Source: Tissierellaceae bacterium
GTDB taxonomy: Bacteria > Bacillota > Clostridia > Tissierellales > Tissierellaceae
NCBI GenBank assembly: GCA_023229175.1
Contig: JALNZV010000007.1
Span: forward strand, 18,550-82,549
Direction: 5' to 3'
DNA length: 64,000 nt
This document shows, one piece after another, positions 10,398-19,722 of this stretch. Position 1 is the stretch's first letter. Each line of letters opens with the position of its first letter. Under the pieces are notes generated by a model. It searched no databases. It saw nothing but the letters and a program-made list of their open reading frames with translations, and was not told the origin of the DNA. A program made the position numbers and the translations under genes.

Positions 10398-10424
10398 ATG
10401 GACTACAATGAAATTGTAGTCCAT
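10398..10424 (+). other. Perfect 12-bp stem, 3-nt loop hairpin between the SBP gene and tRNA-Leu
   Basis: Sequence atggactacaat-gaa-attgtagtccat. No U-tract follows, so it could be a terminator or a processing structure. Confidence 0.4.
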
Positions 10425-10434
10425 AATTAAATAA

Positions 10435-10517
<83 letters not shown>

Positions 10518-10523
10518 TTGATA

Positions 10524-10555
10524 AAAACACTCCATATAATATGGAGTGTTTTTTA
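10524..10555 (+). terminator. Rho-independent terminator after tRNA-Leu
   Basis: Hairpin aaaaacactccat-ataat-atggagtgttttt followed by a T run. Confidence 0.85.
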
Positions 10556-10673
10556 TATAAAAAATTTTAAATAATGGCAATTTTGTATATTGATTACAAT
10601 ACCTAGGTATGCTATAATAATAACAAAGCTACTAGTTAGTTTAATATCAATCAAAACAAGGGGGAAGAAATCA

Positions 10674-11621
10674 ATGAAGATGAAGAGGTTTTTAAGTATT
10701 TTGTTAGCATTGTTACTATCTCTAAGTATTTTGAGTGGCTGTGCAAAGCAAGAGGCACCGCCAGTAGTCGACGACGATGCATCACAGACCCAAGTTAAAG
10801 ATACGACACAAGTCGACGCTCAAGAACCTTTAGACCCTGCAGCAGTCATACTTGAGCACACAACTACTTATCTAAACAACATACCAGAAAACAGCAACAT
10901 GATACCTGCTAAAGAAGCAATGGAACGAATTGAAGAAAATCCAGACGCATTGTTTATTGTTGACATGAGAGCTAAGGAAGATTATGACAAAGGCCACTTA
11001 CCAGGTGCAGTAAACATTCCTTTTGCTCAAATGGGTAAAAACTTAGACAGACTTCCTACAAACAAACAAATAATCATGTATTGCTACTCAGGACAGAATT
11101 CAGGTCTAGGGGTATCTACAGTAAAACTCTTGGGATTTAATGTAATTTCTTTCCAAGGCGGCATGAACTTCGGTTGGAATACATTAGAATTGGGAGAAGA
11201 TACCCTAGAAACAACAGAAAATGCACTACCAGATGCAAAAACGCCAGATTTATCGGAAGAAGAACAAATAGTATGGGATGCAGTAGCAAAATTCTTTGAC
11301 GAAGGAAAAACCTACATGGAAGCAGCAGCAGATGTAAGCGAAATATTAGAAGAAAATCCAGATGCTGTCTTTGTAGTAGACCTTAGATCAGGAGAAGACT
11401 TTGCCAAGGGTCACATAGAAGGAGCGACAAACATTGCATTTAAAGAGGTAGGAAAAAATCTAGATAAAATACCTAAAAACAGACCAGTTTATCTAGCTTG
11501 CTACTCTGGCCAAACAGCAGCGCAAATAATGACAATGCTTAGGCTAAATGGATACAATGCTTCAATAATCACAAGAGGCATGGCAGGCTGGGCTGGGGCA
11601 GAATTACCAGTCGTAGAATAA
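10674..11621 (+). CDS. Extracytoplasmic lipoprotein with two rhodanese (sulfurtransferase) domains
   Basis: Signal peptide with lipobox LSGC, then an acidic linker. There are two rhodanese repeats, each keeping the catalytic Cys loop (MYCYSGQNSG and LACYSGQTAAQ). Confidence 0.85.
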   Translation: MKMKRFLSILLALLLSLSILSGCAKQEAPPVVDDDASQTQVKDTTQVDAQEPLDPAAVILEHTTTYLNNIPENSNMIPAKEAMERIEENPDALFIVDMRAKEDYDKGHLPGAVNIPFAQMGKNLDRLPTNKQIIMYCYSGQNSGLGVSTVKLLGFNVISFQGGMNFGWNTLELGEDTLETTENALPDAKTPDLSEEEQIVWDAVAKFFDEGKTYMEAAADVSEILEENPDAVFVVDLRSGEDFAKGHIEGATNIAFKEVGKNLDKIPKNRPVYLACYSGQTAAQIMTMLRLNGYNASIITRGMAGWAGAELPVVE

Positions 11622-11685
11622 AAAGATTGGGGGCTAAGGCCCCCAAAATAGAATGCTTCTGAGAAAAATATTCGGAGGTGAGATT

Positions 11686-13014
11686 ATGAAAGAAAAATTC
11701 TACCAAAAAGCAATATTTGGTGCCGCAATCCTAATAGCATTATCAGTAGTTATTTTGTTTACCTATCAATTAACAAACAAATCAGAACATATTGCTAAGA
11801 AACTAACAACTCCCGTGGCTATCGAGCCAATAGATAGTAGCAACTGTATAGCTTGTCATACAAGCGAATCCATTATAGGTTCAGTAATAATAGAGTCAGA
11901 TGAAGGCCATGGAGGAGAAGGAGGTTGAGGCGTAGCAGGACCACAGCTGGAAGCTGTAGACATGTACTTAGTATCAAAAGATTTTTTAGAGACTTCACAC
12001 GGACAATTAGGTTGTATCAATTGCCACTCAGGTGAAAACTTACCAACTCAAGAGCAAGCACACGCCACTATGAATCCATACCCATCAGAAGATAACGACG
12101 GAGTCTGTGCTCAATGTCACGTAGGCGTAACTGAGACATATGCCAGTTCCATACACTACAATTTACATGGAATGGAAAATGGATTGATGTCATTTGCAAG
12201 CACGGATTCAATGCCAGATTCACCGGCCCATGCAGAAGTATTTGACAAAAACTGTATGAGCTGTCATGCAACCTGCGGCGAATGCCATGTCAGTAGACCA
12301 AGTAATTATACTGGAGGATTAATAAATCAACACGAATTCTTTAAGACACCTCCAATGGAAGAAACTTGCTACGGGTGCCACGGTGCCAGAACTGCAGGGG
12401 AATTCATGGGAGAAGTAGGATTTTCTGGGGATGTCCATTTCGAATTAGGAATGGATTGTATGGATTGTCACAATATAGATAATTTTCACGGCACAGGAGA
12501 AGTTGGGGAGAGAATGTGGGATGAAGCATTGCCATCATGTCTTGATTGTCATGAAGAGGAAATGTCGGGCAATTCCCAAATCGAAGCCCACAACGCCCAT
12601 GGGGATATGTTATCATGCCAAGTATGTCATGCCCAAGCAAATAACAATTGCTTCGAATGTCATGTCACATATAACGAAGACAAATCTGCATTAAAGAGTG
12701 CCTCAGACAGTAAACTGATGTTTAGAATAGGACTAAATCCAAACCCAACAGAGGAAAGACCATATAAATACGTAACTTTAAGACATATACCTACTGCTGC
12801 CAACTCCTTTGACACAGTAGAACCAAATATGCTCCCAAACTTTGACAACATAAACAATTGGAAATATTCTCCAACACATAATATCCAAAGGAGCACATTC
12901 CAAAATGAGTCTTGTGAATCATGTCATGACAACGACAAACTCTTCTTAAGAGAAGAGGACATAATAGAGTCCGACAGCAAAGAAAACTTAAGACTAATAG
13001 TTCCAAGACCATAG
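11686..13014 (+). CDS. Membrane-anchored multihaem cytochrome c (11 CXXCH motifs), read as one frame through an in-frame TGA at 11926-11928 (candidate selenocysteine codon)
   Basis: ORFs 11653-11928 and 11962-13014 share a frame, and only the TGA separates them. The N-terminal part has a TM anchor and CIACH. The C-terminal part has 10 CXXCH motifs, including doubled ones (CMSCHATCGECH), and no signal peptide. A GGAGGTGA SD precedes the ATG at 11686. Confidence 0.55.
11943..11957 (+). promoter_or_regulatory. Candidate SECIS-like hairpin downstream of the cytochrome UGA
   Basis: ACAGC-UGGAA-GCUGU, a 5-bp stem with a G-containing pentaloop, starting 14 nt after the UGA. Confidence 0.35.
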
Positions 13015-13022
13015 AGAATATG

Positions 13023-13056
13023 AAAACTAAAAGGGGAATTTTCCCCTTTTAGTTTT
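13023..13056 (+). terminator. Rho-independent terminator after the cytochrome gene
   Basis: Hairpin aaaactaaaagggga-att-ttccccttttagtttt. Confidence 0.8.
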
Positions 13057-13082
13057 ACAAAAGATAAATAGGAGAGATTAAT

Positions 13083-14342
13083 ATGATCAAAAAAATAGGA
13101 AGATTTTTAATAAGCTTTCGCTTTGCAATCGTATTATTTATAGCTATAGCTACATATTCTATAATTGGAACAGTTATACCTCAGGGAGTTGCACCTGAAT
13201 TTTACATGGAGAAGTACAAAAGCTTTGGCAATATTATGATGATTTTGCAATTTAACAAAGTCTATAGTTCCTTTATTTATCGGGGATTGTTATTGTTTTT
13301 TCTAGTAAATCTAACAGGCTGCACCATAGATTTATTGCCATCGCAAATGAGGAGAATAAAGGACGACTATTTTCCATCACCAAGAAAAGATTCGGAAAAC
13401 TTGTGGGACCACAAGAAAGACATAGAGTTATTTAAATTACAACTATTAAAAAAGAGATTTAAAATTTACGATACAGAAAAGGGATTTAAGGCGGCAAAAA
13501 ATCGGATAGGCGTACTTGGGCCAACAGTTACCCACCTAGGTATTATTGTAATTATTTTGGGAAGCTTTTTAGGAAACTTATTCGCCTATGAAGGATTTGT
13601 AAATTTAATGCCTGGTGAGACTAAGACATTTATGGAGCAAGGATTTTCCATAGAACTGGAAGACTTTTATTTAGGTTTCAGGGAAGACGGTTCTACAGAA
13701 CAGTACTATAGCGATTTAAAGGTGTTTGAAAATGGGAAACATAAAGATTCCAAAAAAATTTGGGTAAACAATCCCCTAGACTATAAAGGCCTTAGCATAT
13801 ATCAATCCAGCTTTGGGTGGGTAAGCAATTTAAGCATCAAGGATAGTCAAGGAGATATTTTAAATCAAAGCATATTAAAAAACAATGAACAATACTTTTA
13901 CCAACCAAAACATTTAACAGTATATTTATATGGCTATTATCCAGATTTTAGCATAGATCAAATGGGACAACCCATGACCCTTAGCCAAGAAGTCAAACAC
14001 CCCCATTATGCAGTAGTGTTGTATGAGTTTGGTAACTACATTGATTCCTATATAACAGAACCTGGACAGGCCATAAAATATGAAGATATCGAAATAACTT
14101 TTGAGGACTCTTTTCTCTATACGGGCCTTATATATAGGAAGGACTTTGGATATTACTTTGTATTAATAGGGGTACTATTTTTATTTATAGGGCTATTAAT
14201 GTCATTTTACTATTATCCAAAATTCTTAGTAGTAGAAGAAAACTCCATATTGCCAATAACAAGACAAAATATATGGGGATTTACATTGCAGATGAAAAAG
14301 ATATTACAAGCAAATGATGAATCGGAAAAGGAGGAAGTATAA
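13083..14342 (+). CDS. resB: Cytochrome c biogenesis protein ResB/Ccs1 (System II)
   Basis: N-terminus FLISFRFAIVLFIAIATYSIIGTVIPQG, a large extracytoplasmic loop and a C-terminal TM helix. Confidence 0.85.
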   Translation: MIKKIGRFLISFRFAIVLFIAIATYSIIGTVIPQGVAPEFYMEKYKSFGNIMMILQFNKVYSSFIYRGLLLFFLVNLTGCTIDLLPSQMRRIKDDYFPSPRKDSENLWDHKKDIELFKLQLLKKRFKIYDTEKGFKAAKNRIGVLGPTVTHLGIIVIILGSFLGNLFAYEGFVNLMPGETKTFMEQGFSIELEDFYLGFREDGSTEQYYSDLKVFENGKHKDSKKIWVNNPLDYKGLSIYQSSFGWVSNLSIKDSQGDILNQSILKNNEQYFYQPKHLTVYLYGYYPDFSIDQMGQPMTLSQEVKHPHYAVVLYEFGNYIDSYITEPGQAIKYEDIEITFEDSFLYTGLIYRKDFGYYFVLIGVLFLFIGLLMSFYYYPKFLVVEENSILPITRQNIWGFTLQMKKILQANDESEKEEV

Positions 14343-15163
14343 TGGATATTATATACTTTGAAGAGTTGTTTTTCACTTTATCATTTATTATATATATAAT
14401 AGCTTCTTTAGGATTTTTTATATTTTTAGTATCATCGAAAGATAGTGTTGGCAAATTTGCAGTTACAGTATCATTGGCGGGATTTATTGTACACACAGCA
14501 GCCATGGTCCTTAGAATAATAGAATCTGGAAGACTCCCATTTAGCAATCAATTTGAATTTGCCAATAGCTTTACCTGGGGAATAGTGCTTTGTTATTTAG
14601 CGATACATTTTATTTATAAATTCACAGCAGTAGGTACTTTTGTAATGCCCCTGGCATTTTTAATGATGGGATATGCATCTATGCTTCCAAAGACAATAAA
14701 ACCTTTAATGCCGGCACTTCAGAGCAGGTGGCTTTCCATACACGTAGGTACTGCCATTATATCCTACGGTTCATTTGCAGTAGCGGCAGGCCTATCAGTC
14801 ATGTACTTAATCTATGAAAGAAATAAGGGAAAAGGAACCAAAAAATCCCATTTACCAGATGCGGAAATCTGCGATTACTTGAGCTATAGAGTGACTGCCT
14901 TTGGATACCTGATGCTTACATTAGTCATAGTCACAGGTGCAATATGGGCCAAAAGAGCCTGGTCAAGGTATTGGGGATGGGACCCTAAAGAAACATGGTC
15001 ATTGATTACTTGGATTATATATTCTACCTATTTGCACTTGAGATTTAATAGGGGTTGGAAAGGCAAAACAGCTGCATGGTTTTCAGTAATAGGTTTTATA
15101 TGTGTAATATTTACGTTTGTAGGGGTGAATGTATTACTGGCAGGTCTCCATAGCTACAGATAA
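14342..15163 (+). CDS. ccsA: Cytochrome c biogenesis protein CcsA/ResC (System II haem handling)
   Basis: Trp-rich WWD motif WSRYWGWDPKETWSLITW and YLHLR. The ATG overlaps the resB stop. Confidence 0.9.
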   Translation: MDIIYFEELFFTLSFIIYIIASLGFFIFLVSSKDSVGKFAVTVSLAGFIVHTAAMVLRIIESGRLPFSNQFEFANSFTWGIVLCYLAIHFIYKFTAVGTFVMPLAFLMMGYASMLPKTIKPLMPALQSRWLSIHVGTAIISYGSFAVAAGLSVMYLIYERNKGKGTKKSHLPDAEICDYLSYRVTAFGYLMLTLVIVTGAIWAKRAWSRYWGWDPKETWSLITWIIYSTYLHLRFNRGWKGKTAAWFSVIGFICVIFTFVGVNVLLAGLHSYR

Positions 15164-15250
15164 TCACATTAAGATATTAAATATTCTTAATAAATCATAG
15201 AATGCGTAAAATAATCACAAAGTCGTTAATTTGTAAACGAAATAAAAACT

Positions 15251-15268
15251 TTGTTAAATGATTAAAAA
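15251..15268. promoter_or_regulatory. Rex-box-like inverted repeat in the AT-rich rnf upstream region
   Basis: TTGTTAAATGATTAAAAA compared with the clostridial Rex consensus TTGTTAANNNNTTAACAA gives 2 mismatches among the 14 specified positions. Confidence 0.3.
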
Positions 15269-15594
15269 ACTACCAACAGAGATAATTTCAGATAAAAGAA
15301 CATGTTTATGAGTAATCGTTCATATTCATGTTCTTTGACTGTGTATAATAGGTTAAAATTTTGTAATTATGCAAATTTGTATAATTTTTAATACAAAATT
15401 AATACAATATTTACAAATATAAATTGGAATAATATTTAAACTGCAAATAATTGTATAAAAAATGACATTCTTTTACAGGGTCTAATTTATGTACATTATA
15501 ATTGTTTAATGTTATAATATATTAGAATTATTTAAGCATATAATATGTTTAATTATTTTGCGATTTATTAAAACACAATAGAGAGGTGGAAAGA

Positions 15595-16926
15595 ATGAAA
15601 CTAGAAAATCTCACTTTTAAGGGTGGGGTAGACGTACCGCACAGCAAGGCGTTGACAGAGAAAAAGTCCCTAGAATATGCTAAAGAACCTAGCATAGTAT
15701 ACATACCCTTGCATCAGCATACGGGTGCGCCTTGCGAACCCCTTGTCAAAGCAGGAGACAAGGTAAAAATAGGGCAAAAAATTGGCGAATCCAAAGCCTT
15801 TGTATCTGCTCCAATTCACTCCAGCGTATCTGGTACAGTAAAGAACATAAGCAAGATAACCACTCCAACTGGAATGAAATCCGACTGCGTGGTTATAGAG
15901 ACTGATGGCACCAACGAAGTGGACGAGTCGGTTAAGCCTAAGGGCAATTTGGACAACCTAACGCCAAAAGAAATAATTGGGATCATCAAAGAATCGGGCA
16001 TAACAGGCATGGGTGGTGCTGGATTCCCAACTCATGTAAAATTATCTCCGCCGCCTGAGAAAAAAATCGATACCATTATAATAAATGGAGCAGAGTGTGA
16101 ACCGTTTTTGACATCAGACCATAGAGTAATGCTGGAAATGCCAGAAAAAGTCGTTTTTGGACTAAAGGCAATAATGAAAGCATTGGGAGTTGAGAGGGGA
16201 TTCATAGGCGTAGAGACCAACAAAATGGATGCCGTTGATTCTCTTAGATCAGTAATACAAGAAGGCGACAACGTCGAAATCGTCACATTAAAAGCGAAAT
16301 ACCCACAAGGCGACGAAAAGAGAGTCATAGATGCTGTCACTGGTAGAAAAGTTCCTTCAGGTGGACTGCCAATGGATGTAGGCTGTGTAGTGAGTAATAT
16401 AAGTACAGCAAAAGCTATATCAGAGGCAATTTTAGAAGGAAAACCAGTATACGAAAGAGTAGTGACAGTAACAGGTAACGGCGTAAACGAACCTAAGAAT
16501 CTAATAGTTAAAATAGGTACTACATTCCAGGAAGTAATAGATCAAGCCGGTGGATTCAAAGGAGTTCCAGGTAAAATTATTATGGGTGGACCAATGATGG
16601 GCCTTAGTCAATTTTCGACAGAAGTTCCTGTAATCAAAGGTTCTGGTGGAATTTTAGTACTAACTGAAGAAGAAGCCTTAGCAGAAAAAGAATCGCCCTG
16701 TATAAAATGCGGGAGATGCTTGGAAGTATGTCCAGTATTTTTACAACCATTATATATTTCTGCCTTCGCACTTAGAAAGGACTTCGAAGGAGCAGAAAGA
16801 CTTGGGGCCTTAGATTGTGTAGAATGCGGCTCATGTTCTTTTATATGCCCATCAAAGAGGCCATTAGTTGAATCCATAAGATTTGCTAAAAGGGAAGTCC
16901 TTGCAAAGAGGAAAAAATCACAGTAG
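15595..16926 (+). CDS. rnfC: Rnf electron transport complex subunit C
   Basis: Contains GMGGAGFPTHVKL and two 4Fe-4S motifs, CIKCGRCLEVCP and CVECGSCSFICP. Confidence 0.95.
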   Translation: MKLENLTFKGGVDVPHSKALTEKKSLEYAKEPSIVYIPLHQHTGAPCEPLVKAGDKVKIGQKIGESKAFVSAPIHSSVSGTVKNISKITTPTGMKSDCVVIETDGTNEVDESVKPKGNLDNLTPKEIIGIIKESGITGMGGAGFPTHVKLSPPPEKKIDTIIINGAECEPFLTSDHRVMLEMPEKVVFGLKAIMKALGVERGFIGVETNKMDAVDSLRSVIQEGDNVEIVTLKAKYPQGDEKRVIDAVTGRKVPSGGLPMDVGCVVSNISTAKAISEAILEGKPVYERVVTVTGNGVNEPKNLIVKIGTTFQEVIDQAGGFKGVPGKIIMGGPMMGLSQFSTEVPVIKGSGGILVLTEEEALAEKESPCIKCGRCLEVCPVFLQPLYISAFALRKDFEGAERLGALDCVECGSCSFICPSKRPLVESIRFAKREVLAKRKKSQ

Positions 16927-16941
16927 TTAGGGGGAAAATAA

Positions 16942-17952
16942 ATGGAAGGTAAAGTGTTAAATACTACAAAAGCAGAATCAGCAGTGCCTGATATGCTAAT
17001 CGTATCGTCATCACCGCATATTAGGTCCAATGAGTCTGTTGAGAGAATAATGATAGATGTAGTCATAGCTTTGATACCAGCTATGATAGGTGCAGTTTAC
17101 TTTTTCGGATTGAACGCTTTGAAATTAATATTAGTTTCTGCGGCATCAGCAGTAGCTTTTGAGGCCTTAATCCAAAAAATGCTTAAGAAAGAAATCACAA
17201 TTAAAGATTACAGTGCGTTGATTACAGGAATATTAGTTGCATTTAATCTGCCTGCAAATGCGCCATGGTGGATACCGGTCTTTGGTTCAGGATTTGCAAT
17301 TATAGTCGTTAAACAATTATTTGGTGGCATAGGGTCAAACTTTATGAACCCAGCACTGGCTGCAAGGGCAGTCTTATTAGCATCTTGGCCAAATATAATG
17401 TCAACTTATGTATTGCCTGGTGCCGACGCAGTAACCGGAGCAACACCTCTAGCCATAATGAAATTCGGCGGAGTAGACGGTACAGCCTCAGCTACAGTAG
17501 CACAGGCAGGTTCTAATTTGCCATCTATATTAGATATGTTTGTAGGCAATATAGGAGGAGCCATAGGAGAGACATCTGCAGTACTTCTATTATTGGGTGC
17601 AGCATACCTAATATTTAGAAAAGTCATCAACTGGAGGACTCCGGTTGTATATTTAGGTGCAGCAGCAATATTTTTAGCAATATTTGGTGTACCAGCTGAT
17701 GAAATAATATATCACATTTTAGGTGGAGGACTAATTTTAGGTGCGTTCTTCATGGCAACAGACTACGCCACGGGACCAATTACATCCATGGGAAGAATTG
17801 TATTTGGAATAGGTGCAGGATTTTTAACAGCCCTAATTAGGGTAAAGGGTGGATTCCCAGAAGGAGTATCTTATTCTATTCTATTAATGAACGTAGTATC
17901 TCCTTTAATAGAAAAATTCTCTGCTCCAAAAATATTTGGGAGGGCGAAGTAA
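16942..17952 (+). CDS. rnfD: Rnf complex subunit D
   Basis: Polytopic membrane protein with flavinylation-type motif DAVTGATPL. Confidence 0.93.
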   Translation: MEGKVLNTTKAESAVPDMLIVSSSPHIRSNESVERIMIDVVIALIPAMIGAVYFFGLNALKLILVSAASAVAFEALIQKMLKKEITIKDYSALITGILVAFNLPANAPWWIPVFGSGFAIIVVKQLFGGIGSNFMNPALAARAVLLASWPNIMSTYVLPGADAVTGATPLAIMKFGGVDGTASATVAQAGSNLPSILDMFVGNIGGAIGETSAVLLLLGAAYLIFRKVINWRTPVVYLGAAAIFLAIFGVPADEIIYHILGGGLILGAFFMATDYATGPITSMGRIVFGIGAGFLTALIRVKGGFPEGVSYSILLMNVVSPLIEKFSAPKIFGRAK

Positions 17953-18498
17953 ATGAAAGAGACATTAAAATTGGGGATTATATTGTTTGTATTTACAGTA
18001 GTGTCAGCGGGAGTTTTAGCTGTGTCAAACAATGCAACAAAGGGTAAAATTGCAGAGCTTGAGATGGCCGGAAGCATTGGTGCGCTACAGGAAATATTTG
18101 GCGAAGATGTTAAATTTCAACCTTTAGAAGAAAATAAGCAAAATCAAATAATAGAGGCCAATCCATCAGTAGTTGAAATATTTGAAGCTCTTAATGGGGA
18201 CAGCGTAGTAGGCTATGCCATAAAAAACATCTCAAAGGGCTTTGGTGGAGATTTACTGTTAATGACTGGATTTAACATAGATGGCACAGTATCGGGTATG
18301 AGAGTATTAGAGCATTCAGAGACTCCTGGACTAGGAGCCAGATCTGAGGAGCCGGAGTTTACAAATAGATTCATTGGTCTATCTACAGCTGATGACATTA
18401 CTGTAGAAGCCCTGTCTGGAGCAACTGGTACAACCAATGGAGTTTTAGCAGGGGTAAACTCGGCAAGAGAAATATTTAACTCTGAACTCTCAAATTAA
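17953..18498 (+). CDS. rnfG: Rnf complex subunit G (FMN-binding)
   Basis: N-terminal anchor, ETPGLG, and flavinylation motif ALSGATGTT. Confidence 0.93.
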   Translation: MKETLKLGIILFVFTVVSAGVLAVSNNATKGKIAELEMAGSIGALQEIFGEDVKFQPLEENKQNQIIEANPSVVEIFEALNGDSVVGYAIKNISKGFGGDLLLMTGFNIDGTVSGMRVLEHSETPGLGARSEEPEFTNRFIGLSTADDITVEALSGATGTTNGVLAGVNSAREIFNSELSN

Positions 18499-18518
18499 AG
18501 TACTTGGAGGTGGAATGA

Positions 18519-19124
18519 TTGAAACTATTTAAAATATTCAAAAATGGAATTATAAATGATAACCCAATATTTGTACAGTTAATTGGGATGTGTTCAACCC
18601 TAGCAGTTACAACTAGTGTATCCAATGGTCTAGCCATGGGACTTGCAGTAGTGGCAGTTCTTATGGGTTCAAACCTGGTAATATCTTTACTTAGAAACTC
18701 AACACCTGAAAAAATACGTATACCAGCATTCGTTATAGTAATAGCTACTTTTGTTACAATAGTAGAGATGTTTATGAAAGCATATGCGCAGCCAATATAT
18801 CAAGCATTAGGTATATTCCTACCGCTAATAGTAGTAAACTGTATTATATTTGCCCGTGCAGAGGCTTTCGCCTTTAAAAATGGTCCCGTAGCTTCCTTAA
18901 TAGATGGATTAGGAATGGGACTTGGGTATACTTTGGCATTAGTTACTTTATCGACAGTTAGGGAAATCTTTGGGGCAGGGAGTTTCTTTGGTATTCCCCT
19001 ATTTGGCGAAAGTTTCCAACCAGCAGGAATACTAGTAATGCCTCCAGGAGCATTTATAGTACTAGGTATATTAATAGGAATATTCAACGTTGCTAGAAGA
19101 AAAAAAGCAACTAGTGAAATATAG
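18519..19124 (+). CDS. rnfE: Rnf complex subunit E
   Basis: N-terminus NPIFVQLIGMCSTLAVTTS. TTG start after a GGAGGTGG SD. Confidence 0.93.
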   Translation: MKLFKIFKNGIINDNPIFVQLIGMCSTLAVTTSVSNGLAMGLAVVAVLMGSNLVISLLRNSTPEKIRIPAFVIVIATFVTIVEMFMKAYAQPIYQALGIFLPLIVVNCIIFARAEAFAFKNGPVASLIDGLGMGLGYTLALVTLSTVREIFGAGSFFGIPLFGESFQPAGILVMPPGAFIVLGILIGIFNVARRKKATSEI

Positions 19125-19139
19125 ATAGGGGGAAAAATA

Positions 19140-19712
19140 ATGAGTATAGCGACAATTTTAATCGCAACAATATTTGTCAATAACTACGTTTTCGCCCGAT
19201 TCCTTGGTATTTGTCCATTTTTAGGTGTATCCAACAAAATGGAAACAGCAACTGGAATGGGTGTTGCAGTAACATTTGTAGTCACATTGTCTTCTATATT
19301 AACTTATTTTATACAAAAGGGTATATTAGATAAATTAGGACTAGAATATTTACAAACCATAGTATTTATCCTTGTAATTGCAGCGTTGGTACAATTTGTT
19401 GAACTAGTAATCAAAAAGATGAGTCCAACTCTTTACAATGCATTAGGAGTATATTTACCACTTATAACTACAAACTGTGTAGTTTTAGGAGTTGCAATTC
19501 TTAATATTCAAGAAGGATATAACTTAATACAAACCATATTTAATGCAATAGGTTCATCCTTAGGATTTACGTTAGCCTTGATACTTGCATCTGGGGTTAG
19601 GGAAAAGCTAGAATTAGCAGATGTGCCAGAAGCACTAAAGGGCTTTCCTATCGCTCTAATCACTGCAGGATTAATGTCCATCGCCTTTTTAGGCTTCAAT
19701 GGACTTATTTAG
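19140..19712 (+). CDS. rnfA: Rnf complex subunit A
   Basis: Sequence NNYVFARFLGICPFLGVS, paralogous to RnfE. Confidence 0.93.
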   Translation: MSIATILIATIFVNNYVFARFLGICPFLGVSNKMETATGMGVAVTFVVTLSSILTYFIQKGILDKLGLEYLQTIVFILVIAALVQFVELVIKKMSPTLYNALGVYLPLITTNCVVLGVAILNIQEGYNLIQTIFNAIGSSLGFTLALILASGVREKLELADVPEALKGFPIALITAGLMSIAFLGFNGLI

Positions 19713-19722
19713 GAGGTAAATT

